A stretch of 64,000 nt of DNA from Phoronis australis. Lineage: Eukaryota > Animalia > Phoronida. Position numbers and translations under genes: made by a program. How positions within the stretch are numbered: position 1 is the stretch's first letter; every line of letters begins with the position of its first letter. Below the pieces are notes generated by a model that was not told the origin of the DNA, ran no database searches, and worked only from the letters and a program-made list of their open reading frames with translations. Below, one piece after another: positions 1-13,300 of this stretch. The stretch spans positions 659,296-723,295 of the forward strand of contig NMRA01000057.1 of assembly GCA_002633005.1 (NCBI GenBank), given 5' to 3'.

Positions 1-1216
1 CTGTCCAACTTAAAATTGCGAATTTGCTTTGCCTCTGAATTGAGTTGCTAGCTTACTTGGCAACAATTCAAGATGAACATGATAAAATTTTTGAACCCCA
101 AAATCCTTTTATTAAGAGTTCAACGTTGACAGTGGCATTGTGGCGTGATGCCTTTTTGAATGTTTTCAGTACAGTTGGGTAGAGTAACCAGTGGCTGGTT
201 GCATAAAACACTACCAAATAGGGTCTCAACTAAGGTCCCTAAGTCTTTTGGCGTATTTGTGTATGTATGAACTCACAGATGTTGCAATATTTTTATATCA
301 CTTCATCTTTATTACGAGCTCCTCTTTGATTAATGACATTTTCTAATAATATAACTAAAATTTGAGCCCTGAATTCATTGAAAATAAATGGGGTCTCGAT
401 CCTTAAATTGGGGGTGTTGCATGAAAAGATCCTAGTTACTTTAGATAATATTGACAATGCAGAATTCACTCTCGATTTGTATCAAAGCCAAAGTTGACTT
501 GGCTATGAAGCTAAAACAATACAAGAACGTGCAATCAATGAATGTTTTCACAAGTCCACAAATACACAGTAGATTTAGGAAACTTAGTCGAGTCCCTATT
601 TGGGACTGTTTCATGCATCTGGCTGCAGGTGTCACTGTGGTGTTGGGTGCTTGCATGTTACGGAAAATTTCTGACACAAATCTTCATGATGTATATTCTT
701 CTTTCTAGTTATCTAATTCTGCTCTTGGATTACATTTGTTAATGCAGGCTATAAACAAGAGTGGGAATCAAAATATGTTTTTACTTAGCTTGACACATTT
801 TGCGTTATTGTGGCCCAAAAAGTTAAGGCAATAAAGATGTTTTTGTTGTGTTTAGTTTGGGATACCACAGAAACCTAGTTAATATTTATACTGGCTCCAA
901 AAGTAAATCCATGGCAAATATTATTGTCTGTAAAATTCCAAAAAGCGAGAATTAGTGCCTGCATGTTTTAAAAAATCGTGGTGTTGTATGATTTCGGAAA
1001 TAAGCGTTTGAAGGTTTTTTGTCAAATGTCATTTCTACGTTTTTCTGTATTTAATGGTATTTTAGTTTCAATAAGGAAAATGGTCATGATGATTTTGAAT
1101 TGTTTTACTTCAATTTAAAAAAAATATTACAACAGTAATTTTGTATGTGTTGTAAATTTGTAGTAGTTTTACGTTCATTACATTTCAGTGTGAAAATTTT
1201 TCTTCATTCTTTGCAG

Positions 1217-1381
1217 AATGGCTTGCCCCCTTCGGTACCCAAGGAAAACATACCTCCGCGGCGACGACCAGAGACTCCGCAGGAGCAAGGACTTCTGGGA
1301 GGAAAGCTAGGAGACTACGAACAAAAAAGGAAAAAGTTGGACGACGAGAGGAAAGACGAGTACAACAAGCTTCTAGCCCAG
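1217..1381 (+). CDS. CSPP1: CSPP1 exon (NGLPPSVPKEN...DEYNKLLAQ)
   Basis: ttgcag acceptor, CAG|gtaaag donor, 165 nt, phase 0-0. Confidence 0.85.
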
Positions 1382-4300
1382 GTAAAGTTTTGGTTACTGC
1401 CACTTCTAAAGCTGCACTGTGCCCTGTTTAGCTGGGGAAAAACAGAAATTCATTAAAAGACCCGTTAATGTCATAAGGTCGGTCTCGTGTTATTTTTTAC
1501 CGTGATAAGATTCTGTTTCTATGTGACTGAATAACATATTTCAGATTTTATTGGAGTTGGCCAACTCAGAAAATGTGTATTCCAAAATAGTGCATGTAAG
1601 CATTAGCTGTGATTTGTGTTGATAATGGAAAGGGGATCCTATCACGGTAAGGAATGCTATGAGGCTAACTTTATGACAATTTTTTGCATTAGACATGCTC
1701 ATCCCAGTCTCATAACTGTGACAGTTGTGGCTATTATGTTAAGACACAAAATTATTACATTCGTTTCAATGTGAGTCGTGTTTTAACTTGATTTTGTAAG
1801 ACAAATAAAAGGTTGCTTCCATCTTATAAGCTGACATGGGTTGAGTTTTTTAATTTTGCATGACAGAAACACAAAACTTGTTTCATCATTTCATTGCAAA
1901 TTTCCAAATTTATGGGCCTGTAAATGTCCAGTGCAATCTCAGTTTAGAGGTAGTGTCTGTCAGTTTGACAAGTCTACAAGTTAATGTCCCAAGTGGCTGA
2001 TGATTGCTGCATTGATACATATACATTAATGTTTAGCTTAATTTTTGTAATCGCAAAGTGAAGGCGGAGTCATGTGCAGTGTGGTACTTAATAGACTAAG
2101 TTCTCAGAATTTGAGAACAATTTTGTGCTGCCGAGTTCAGAGGAGTTACGCAGAGTATAGTGCTGTGCAATGCATCTCGGGGCACTGGTGAAGTCATTGT
2201 CATTGTGCTCTTACGTAATGTAGCTTCAAAGAAATTGATTGCATTGTTTAATAGACTCTTAGAAGTTTTGCTCTATGTTTTGTAACTTTAAAATATCCCT
2301 TGTGCTCAAATTTTGTAACCGTGTGCAGATGTGATACAGTGCCTGTCATTCGATTTCAGATATTAAAGAAAATTAGTGTTTTTCCTGAATCTTTCGGTTC
2401 TCTTGTGGCCATTTTGTCCCTAATTTGTTTACTCTATTCTGTTTGCAGAAGAACTTTCGTTCGGGCAGACGAGATGACTCAGCGCAAGCGTATGTGCCAA
2501 CTATTCCAGGGTTACAAAAATCTGATTCTGCTGAGGTAAATGGCTTGTTTGAAGAAAACCTACTGTAGTTCCATACAGCATAAAATGAAACACTTTTTTG
2601 ATATATTCAGTGGCCTCCAGAACCAGGGTGTTTTTTCTGTTTAGTAAGCGATTTAGCCATTTAACATCATATCATCGGAAATCAATGAGAAACCTATCGC
2701 AACCAGGGTGTGTTCAAAAGGACACAAAATTGGGTTTTGGCCTATTTATAGATATTAACAATGACTGACAGTCCCATCCAGCTCTCTAAAACAAAACAAA
2801 GTCTGGTAGTATCCTTAAACCACGTTTTTACTATTTTTCAGTCTTTCCCTGAATATATTGTAGTGTAGGCTCCTCAAATACATCTAGGCACTGATTTCCG
2901 ATCAAAACACGGCTCTTTCTTATGCAATTTGCTTTTTATATTCAGATACGCAAAGCCAAGTCGCGTAATGCAGAATACAATGAATTTCTACGTCAGAAAC
3001 AGGAAAAAGAAAAACATAGGTTTGATGATAAGAAAGGTCTGGACCACCCGGAGGTTAGTGTGTAGATTTTACACGAGACGTGCAATGCAACGTTTACTGA
3101 ATTTGTCCATATAAACTTGCTGCCATATGAACTGTTGCCCTGTTTGATTTCAATGTGATGAAATTGACAACAATGTTGCATTTGCTTGCGTTGAAAATCT
3201 GTAGTGGCATGCATCTGTGATATACGTTGTTAACGTTTTGGCACTTGTCTTGTTGTTATAAACTGCCCCTATTTGTGAAAACGTGTGGTGGCGTGTATCA
3301 TGTATTTAGAGCAGAAAAATAATGATTTTAGTACGAGTTCGTGTGATTGTTTCTCATGTGTGTCTCGTGTTTAGCATGATGTTTTGTAATTCTACTTTTT
3401 GGCCACATTGGGAAAAGAAGAGTAATTGTCACCTCTTTTTTGTTTAGCAGAATTGAACATTCTTTTAATTTCCCGAGTCGTAGCTAACTTTGACTCTGTC
3501 AGCTGATTCAGGAACACCAAACTTATGAGAATATGAGTGTTCATTACATCACCATGTCTTCATCCCCTACTATGTTGTTTACTGTCGTTGTACAATTAAC
3601 TTTCAACATTTGAAATGATTGTGCCCTTACACTGGACGTGGTTGTCCACTTAGATGGTGTTTTAAGACGTAATGCTGAAGAATGTTATGATTTATAAAAA
3701 TTCTTGTGTCTTGTTTCGATGTAAAGACTTTCAGAGTGAACAGTGTTGCCTACTCTTAGTTGTCTCTGTGACCCTAGCAATTGTAACTCTGGAGCTGTGC
3801 CTTGTTACTCAGCTTAGAACAAACTGTTGTAGCTACAGTAGTTGTCAGATCCATTCTTTGTCAGTCATTATAATTATATTCTATTGAAGAAATTGTGATT
3901 TACAAGAAAAAAAATTCTTGTGGAACACTTACGGGGGTCCGGTATTCTGAGAATCAGTTTCCACTCTGAATAACATTCTTCAAACTGGTTTTCAAAATCC
4001 GAGACACCCTGTAAGAGAGTAACTATTGTCTACATCCTGATATGTTTGAAGTCTAGCATGTTTTGAAACATCAGTTCTGATGGCCTCATGTTATAAGCTA
4101 TTTGCTGTTGGTGTACATTAATGTGGTTTCAACTGTCCACTTCTTTCCCCTGTAGCCTGTTCCTCAGCAGCCCCAGCCAGCTGTGACTGTAGGTTTATTT
4201 TAATTTATCTGATGTGTGCATGAAACACTCACTTGACTCAGTTTCTTTCATTGGTTTTCTCGCTTATAGAAATATTCTTTGGTCATCAGGTTTTCTGTTT

Positions 4301-7300
4301 CACCTTTGCCATTAGTAACCATTATATTTGACTAATAAGCACCCACAGGCTGTTATTTCTTTCAGTCTGTTAAAACTCATGTGGTGAAGGCTTCCCGTGT
4401 TTTTAACTACGTTCATGTAAAGCTGGCTTCACAGTGTGATTAATGTTAACAGATTAAAATCATTAATGCCTTATACAACACAATCTTTAAAAATGGCACT
4501 AAGGTATGGGGACCAATTTTAAATTAACAGTTTTTGATCTTGCGAGTGTGCTTTTATTATTTTTTATTTTTAAAAATTCACTGCAGTCACTGTTCATTAT
4601 GCAGCGGTGTGGTTTTTTGTTTCAAAAATGATTTGTTTTAGTTTCATGAAGTTAGTTTTCAATATGGATCTGAAATTTCCAACACTTTGCTGTATGATTC
4701 AGCTTTGTCTGTGCAATGTTGTACCTTATAAAACGTCGAAAAAACGTTGAGCAAATAGTACCTCCCCGCAGAACTTGTACTTCAACTTAAACTAGTGTCT
4801 TGAAGGCTCTAAGCTTATTTTGATGCTTAATGTGTATTTTTTGTTTTTTAACATTTATTGCAGAAACGAGAGACGAGTTTTTGTTTGTGTAGTTTTATAT
4901 TATGTTTTTGAGGCCTTTTTACAAAGTTTGTCTGATTTTCTTGGTAAAGAAAACTTCATCACACTTCATTGGTTAGACACTTACTAGTAGTTTCTTTCAT
5001 ATGCAATTTTTGCAGTTCATAATATCCAGAAGTTCATTTCTATTGGTGATAAATGATTTGTTTGCTTGCCACAGAGATTCAGTTTCAAGCCATGACTTTG
5101 TGAACATCAAGTTTATCGTCATAGTAAAAGTTGATCATAATTGATAATCATTATGACTTATTTTGTCAAATATTCTTGAAACCATTCGGATTTTGCACAG
5201 GCTGTGCAAACATGTGGTTGTTATTATGGTGTTTCCATGTCTATATTTAATTTTCAGGAGTCGGAGTTTGCGTCCCTTCGTGTCAGAGATGTTGACTCGG
5301 CGCAGGTAGTTTTTAGTAATTGCATCTTTCTTAAAGGTAGTTCTAAGCTCATTCTTGCTCGTTTGAAGTTAACCACCGAGATGTAGACCTTTTGTCGTGA
5401 TGTTCGGTGTCTGGCTATTTTGAAAATCCACAAAATATGATTTTGACGAAGTTTCTTTGCCTTGTTTGAAGTCAGTTAAAGTTCTTGAACAGTTTTACTT
5501 GACAAACCAAAAATCTAATTTTAACTGGATTGTGTTCATGTCTTTTTGAGATCCTGGCCCTTCATGGATCTGCATTTGTCATGTGTTGCAAAAAACTGAG
5601 TGTTCAAATAATTGAATTCTATGTACATTTCTGATAATAATCAAATAAGGTCTGAAATTTATGTATCATGTTGATCAAACTTTGCTTGTTTTACTGACTC
5701 AAAGTAAAGCAGAATGTAATTAAAAATACAATGTAGGTTTTATGATGTATGTTAAATATGGTCGAGGCATTATCAGTGTGAGCTATTTTTGCGAGATCAG
5801 TATCACACATTTTGACATTTTTCTTTGTATTTCTCTGCCCGGACTAGATCTCTTTCATGCTTAGCAATACATATCATGAACGTTTGTCCACATAAGTTAT
5901 CTAGGTTGAATTGAAACAACAGGGCAAAATTGGTTGATAATCTTTAATTCCTCAAGTTTCAAACTAGCAGATAAAAATAAGAACGGGATAAACACACTCA
6001 CCGAACTGTTTTTGACAACTATAGTACCGGAAGTACAACAAGCCATCTTGACTCAGTCAGACGGCACAGAGTGAGCAGATGATATTTATGAAATTTCGGA
6101 AAAGCGAAATTTTCCTGAGAATTGAATAATTTATGTAGCTGATATTTAGAAAGCCTAGTTTTGTTTGTATCTATTAAACTTCTGCTGGTAAACAAGTATT
6201 GTCGCATTTCCAATGATTGAGTTCATCAAACGAGTGACCTAGATTTCATTTGTGACTTGCATTTTATATTCTTCTTGCTTCATATTATGTTGTTTTACTC
6301 AAAGTTTTGGTAATTACTGTGAAGGATGATTACAATATTCATGTTAGCTTTCTTTCAATTGTTTTTTTATTTTATTCTGTTGGTAAACATAGTATTTTCA
6401 GTTTGTTTTCAGCTAATCAGCTGTTGACCCAGATAAGTGGAAATTCCGAGACAATGATCCAGTGCAGTGAAACTATTCCGTAGTACGAGATTTTATTTCT
6501 CAATTAGCTATTTGTCTGTATACCAGTTACTTCACGCTTTTCAGGCACGTTTGTTGTATAACGTAATAGGTGTTTAACTTGTTTTTATTAGGTGCGTAAG
6601 AGGAGAGAACGTGAGAGGAATGATGAGTATAATGAGTTTTTGAAGTACAAAGAAGCACAGAAAAGGAAAAACAGGGTAAACACAAAATACTTAATACTCA
6701 GTGATTACTCAGTTGCTGAATAGACTGCCCAGTCACTGTATCCAATGAATAGAAAAGTCTCATCAGGAAGGAAAGGGTTTCACTAGAAAAAAAAACATAA
6801 AAGTTACACTTTTCATGGGCAATAGTCAGATATAACGTGCCTGTGTTTTGAGAACCAGTTTGATGCCCGTTATTCATTGGAGAAAACTGGTTCTCAAAAT
6901 TGGGGAACATATCTGACTATTACCCCATTGTTGGGCACTGTTCCAGTCTTTTTTTAATGTGATTAGTATCTTATAAAACAAGTTTGTCCTTTCAAAATGC
7001 AAAGGCAACAAATTTTAACTGCAGGGTAGTGACACAAGATTATTTTCAGTTCACAGCTTGTTTTCTGCTTCCTCAAAGAGAAATATTATCGTGGGTGACA
7101 TGACCTAATTTTGTTTTTTGTGATCTCAATATCTACCCCACTCCACTGTTTAGAGGTCAGAGCTTATTTTAACAAAGTGTTAATTTAAATTACCATTGAA
7201 CCAATTGTTGGAAACATGGTTTTTCTTGGACTGATATAAGATCACTAGTTGAGAAATGTCATTAAGGATTAATTTTTTCTGTTACACGAAACCATAACAA

Positions 7301-10300
7301 CCATGCAATAATGAATTTTGAAAATATTAAAATTTGTATTCTTTCCAGTTGGTGATTCTTTAATTTTCACTGATTATTTTACAATCTTATGCGCAACATT
7401 TTTTCTATAGTATTCTAATTTGCTGAGAGATGCATTAAAGTTCCTGTTAAATTGATTGTGTCTCAGGAGGTTAATTTATGAACCTCTTGAACTGTTTACT
7501 GACAATCTGATAGTTAACTAATTACTTCTTTGTAAGCAGGGTCGTGATGACTTCATCTCGGACGATGAGCAGATTCGCAGTAAACCGCGCACTGGTTGGG
7601 CTACGCCCACGTATGAAGAGATCCTGGACAAGAAACGGCAGGAGGAACGGCAGTACAGGTCAGTCTTAAGCTTGGCTCCCAACTGTGCCTGAGCAGTTGA
7701 GATGGGAGGTGCCTTTGCTTCTTTGATGTCGAGTGTTTTGAGCATTACATTGAAGATTCCGTTGACTCATTTCAGCTGTCATCAGGTGATGCTGAGGATA
7801 AAAAAAGTATTGGGACCCATTTCATATGGCTTTGGGTGATGTTGGGAAAAAATGTGGATTCTGACCAATTTTAGCTGGTGCTTTAATATATTGATTTAGT
7901 GGACAGTTAAGGAAGTAGGCCAACCCTGATTCCTGGAATGTTATTCTCATATTTTGCTTGTATGTTATATAAAACAAACTTCAATGGATTTGTTTCTATT
8001 TTTCTGTTGCAGACAGAGGAATGACCCTGAATACCACCAGCCCATGAAACTGGGCGGAGCTAACTACCTCAGATCGTCAGTCAGTGATGGCTTTTTGAAT
8101 GTAAGTCTTATCCCCTGTTGAAGGTTTTTCAGCACAGACATGTAATTAAAACAATGAAACTGAGTTAAATAATAAATTTGTCATTATATCAAGGGTCCCT
8201 GTTCTTCAAATATCTCTTTAAATGTGGGTCATTTTATATCATAGTTTCACAATGAACTGGACGGACTTCAATTGCATTCTGTTGTATCCTCTTCCCAGAA
8301 TTATTTGACAGTTATGTCAAACTTTTGTCGCAGTTAAATGGCATTTTGTCAAACTTAAGTCAGAGTGTAATCACGATGTAGGGTGATTACCACTAATTGA
8401 TGATTTTGTAAAATTAATGAACTTTCAAGATAAGTTGACGAGCTCTGTTAATACTTTCCTTGTTGGAGGTGTTCTGTCTGCATCTTGTCAGTTTTAACTT
8501 AATAAAATAATCTCAAATGATGCTCTTTCAACAAAAAATGAAAATGTTTTCAATTATTAGTACCAGACTAAGTAAATAACTATGCGATTTTCTAAATAAT
8601 TGTTGAATTTCTGTTGGCACACCAACAAAGTGGCCATCACAGTTGAACATTAAACTTCAATAATTGTTTGTGAATCGCCAACAAAAATGAGAATGCATGC
8701 AAGGCCAAATGTTATGATTTGCTCATATTTTAGGGATGTCTCTTGATTGATATAACTCATCGTCTGTTTCAAAAAATTAGTGAAAATAAAAGAAGGAGTA
8801 TCTGATTCTGATCAATACTTGCCTCCTTTAGGACGCTGTCCTGACATTTAATGCACTTAATGTCTTGAGAACAATCGGTGCTTGTAAACACATGAAATTG
8901 AACCCACGACTTTGTCAGTTTTAAGTAACGTACACTTTCTTGAAGCTATTCATAGAACTAATTGTTGAGCTTTACTAACTGTGAGTTGCATTTTGACGTC
9001 CATTAATTTTGCAGGAAGACAAACGTTTGCGCGATCTTGATAGAGAGTTTGAAAGAAAGTAAGTGATTTGTTTTTCTCTCAATTTTGCCAGTGATGAATT
9101 CAGTAAGTGTTTTTAAACAATCATGTAAAACGTTACTCTAAAAATGCAATGCAATTCTCATCTTTGTGTTGAATACTGTTTATAAACTAAGGCTGACTTC
9201 TCATCAGTATAATATTCATGTCCAGATATAATGCTTTCTAGCATTTTCTAAAACTTAAACAAACATTAAAAAGTTTCACTGGTTAATCAAACATTGAGAA
9301 TAAGGTAGGTTTTGTTGATGGGGTACAGATGTACATTATTTGTCCTAATCACAGTAATTAGAATACATTAATTTTTCAACTTTTGTTCATCTCTTGCTGA
9401 TACACTATTGCCTTGTCATTCATAATTGCTTCCCTGGATAACAGCTCTGATTATAAACCTCGTGACAGGAAAGTTCAGTTTGACAGAGAGATCGACGTCA
9501 GGGTCAAGGAGGAGGAGTTCAACCATTGGGTAATTAGCTGTCAATCATGATGCAATGACCAATCACCCAATGTAAACCACACGGTTGTTAAAAACTCATT
9601 TGCATAATGTGCATTTCACACTGCAGAATTGGCTGAACAAATTAAATTGAATCTTCCTTCAGTAGGTTTCAAACAGTATTACTAAACATTCTGTGTCCAA
9701 ACACTGGTAAAAAATTTGGAGCAAAACATCTCATCTCAACCTTGAAACTGCAGTGTTCTGTTTCCAGTCTTACGCTATAGTACTGCAGCTGTGAATGAGT
9801 TCTAGCCTGAACCTAGAAGCCCCGATTGGCTGTGTCCTACAAAAACAGTGTGGTCTACAGTGGTTCCTGGTCTTTGATTGGTGCAAGCGGCACAAGCTTG
9901 TCACTCCACTGTTATTTGTTTGCTGGTCACGCATGACACATAAAGCTAACAACATTGCCTCTGCTCACTCACTATCAAAATGTCACTGACATACTCATAT
10001 GGTAGATAAACAATATGCATGCTTATCAGGTATTTTCATGTCATGAACTCGGCTTCAGGTCATTTCATCGTAATTCTCGAGAATCCAATGAGAACTGCGG
10101 TGATTGTGACAGCACCATATTGTAATATTCATATTTGCTTCATTTACACTGACAGCTTTTGAAAGTAGTGGCACTGTTGTTGGTTCCATGTCGCTCGTGA
10201 CCAGCCTCTCATCTTGAACTCAACATAGCCCTTATTGTTCACTTCTACCCACCTCAGGAAGACAAACTTGCAAGAAGAATTGCGCTATCCCAACCTTTTT

Positions 10301-13300
10301 TCCGACAAAACGCGACCCCGCGGAATCCTGGACGATGACCTTTGGCTGTCTCCACGAACATTACGCCAGGCTCCTGGGACTGAGCGTCAGCCAATCAATT
10401 TCTCTGTAGACAAGCCAGTGGTAAAACGCACACTGTTCTGCACTGGTTTTGTGTTGGCTTGCATGCATTTAGAGTATAGTTGATCAACATTTGACCGAAG
10501 TCACTGAAAATGAGCTAATAATTCTTTTGATGGATGTGTATTAGGTTATTTTGACACTGGCTAACATGAAGTAAAAAATGACTAACTTGGTTCTGATAAC
10601 AAAAGTTTTGCTCACAAGATTCAACTCAATTATTGCTCAATTCCATGGCATTTATGTAGTCAACTTAATCTTTCAAATTTCTTGCAATGTCAAAGACAGC
10701 TTTTGAGTATTTCTACCGAAAACGTTATTGCTTAATCTCAGCAATAATTTTGTAGGAAATTAATGTGACCGAGTGACAATTTTCAGTGACTTCACAGTTT
10801 ACAGTTTGATACTAACTGCATTCAGTAATGCGTAGTTATAGCTGCAGTATCTTGCACTGAAACACAGTTATCTAGCATCCATCACATGTCGGTGGTTATC
10901 GTCAGTAGTTCCAGTTTGACCTAAGTACTGATTTTTATCCCATTTGTTCCGAAAGCTTGACCGTGTGCGGGCCAAATATTGCACAACCCCTCCACCTCAG
11001 CAGAGGTTCTCTCCAAGGGAACTGCCTGTGACAAATTTGCTGTTACCACACAGTGGTCAACAGGTGGTGCCACATGCATTTGGCAATCAGGTATTTTTGT
11101 GCTGTGGTTATAAGTTACTGTGGTTGAGGATGGTCTGTGTTATCTGTTGTATTTTTTGTCATACATGTAGCAGCTGGATTGTTTACCTGGGTTTTTATTA
11201 AAGATTGCGTTTTGAAATTTTACACAACCGCATTTCTATTCTTTGCTTGTATGTTGTTGCTACATTGTAGGTTTCCCTGACCTATGTTTCTTTTGATTTT
11301 CCAAACAATTTAAATGATTATCTATACACGGGGTCCTTGATTTTCTTATTTTGGATTACCCATTGGTGGTATTCCCTTATGAAAAACATTGACATTTTGA
11401 AAATTATCTTATCAGGCCCAGAATTCACCGCTAATAGTCAAAATTTCCTCTTGAGGTTTGTCAGACTTGACTCTCTCATTATGTACATACACGACATCAG
11501 AAAGCTTTGTATATGACTGCAGAGGCCATGGACACTTTTCAGTCATTTGCTACAGCCTCAATATGAAGAACTGGATATGGGATGGTTTATTGCAAGTGCA
11601 TGGGTGATTACACAGTACTGAGCAAGTAATCCAGTAACGAGTCATTGCTTCACTACTTGACAACCTCTGCTACATAATAGGCTCACCCATATAAAATCAC
11701 GTCTGCTTCACAAGGCGACCAAGGGGAGGGGGTGGGATTGGTGGGGTGGGAGGGGCGGTGGTTTAGTTTTCCATTCAAAAAATTCTATCAGAAGGTACAG
11801 ACTTTTGTAATTTCATTATGTGAGCAAGGGCCCTTCCACAGTAAATTTCAGTTGTACCTTTGTCATGGTTTTGATCAGCTTACTATAATGCTGATAATAT
11901 ATTTCTTTCATCTTCATTGATGGTTGCTGCATTATATACAATTGACTTGTGTTTTCTGTTGTACCTTCTTGACTTCGTTTTATTCAGCAACATTTAATCC
12001 ATAGCCAGAGTTGCATGATTATGTTTGGTAGTTTGGGTGTTAATCCATTCTGTTGTTGGTTGGAAATTTTCTCTAGAAATGTCATGATGATGCTGTTGGC
12101 ATGGAAATGTTATAACCCACCAGTAGTGTGACAAGTTTTTCATGTCCCTGTCTCAGGATGTTACTAGTGACACCTGGTGTCAGTAGTGCACATTGTTTCC
12201 AAAGGTTTGTCTTGGTGTTCAAGTTGTGATGGAGATGTCACCACTAACGCCACCTAGCTAGTATTTATCAGAGCTGCACACGAGTCGCTACTTATCAGTG
12301 AACTTTTATACCAGTGCAATGCATAAAAGTTCAATGCATGACTGATGTTGCTTGTTGCACTGAATGTATGCTTGGCATAGAATTTTGCATGGCTAGTTTG
12401 GTAAAAAGTCACTTACAGGTTTCCGCATTTTGTAAACCAGTTTTCTCCACCAAAAAACACGCATCAGACTGGTTCTCATGAACTAGGACTCCTCTAAGTG
12501 ACTATTACCATTAGTTCATTTTGATTTGAGTTTTGTCTCTTGTTTTTGTTAGTGATTAGTTTTTTGAATTTATATCTAATGTTCAACCAAGTGGTGCACT
12601 CGCGGTCGAAATGTATCATAGTTTGCTTTTGTCTTTCTCCATGTCATCTTTGTGACATCGGTATTTTTTGTTACCAAATTGCCTATTTGTGTTCGAGGCA
12701 TTACTGAGCATGTTTTGGAGAAACAAAATCTGAATCGTCAAACTAAATAACAAAGTATTTCGAGCCAATTTAGCATGCCACAAGAATTACATAGGGATCT
12801 CCACTCCTAAGATATTGTATAAACAGTACCGCATTTTTATGTTAGTGGAAATTATACTTTTCATATTGTTTAATCGATGCTTTACTTCACTTGAATTACT
12901 TCTGACTGGCACAAAATCAGAATAGAGGGACATTCATCACTGAAATATGTACAGTATCCTAAAACAAACTTTGTCTGCTGTGTCCAGGTTGCGCATTGAG
13001 GAAATAGTCAATTGCGGGTCCTGGGTTTTGAGAACCAGTTTCCTACTCTGACTAAGATGCGTCAAACTGGTTCTCAAAATGCGGGACACCGAACTATTGC
13101 CCGGGTGCATTTACTGAACAGTTAAATAATGCTTAGGGATTTTCTAGTCACACTTGCATAATCTGTTTTTGTGAGATGTTTAATTATTGTTTCTGTAGAA
13201 CGGTCAACCACTACAGGGTAGAGACAAGACATCGCCACCAGATGTCAGCCCCAGCAGACCACGACGTAACATTCAGCCTGACCTTTCGGATGGCGAATAC

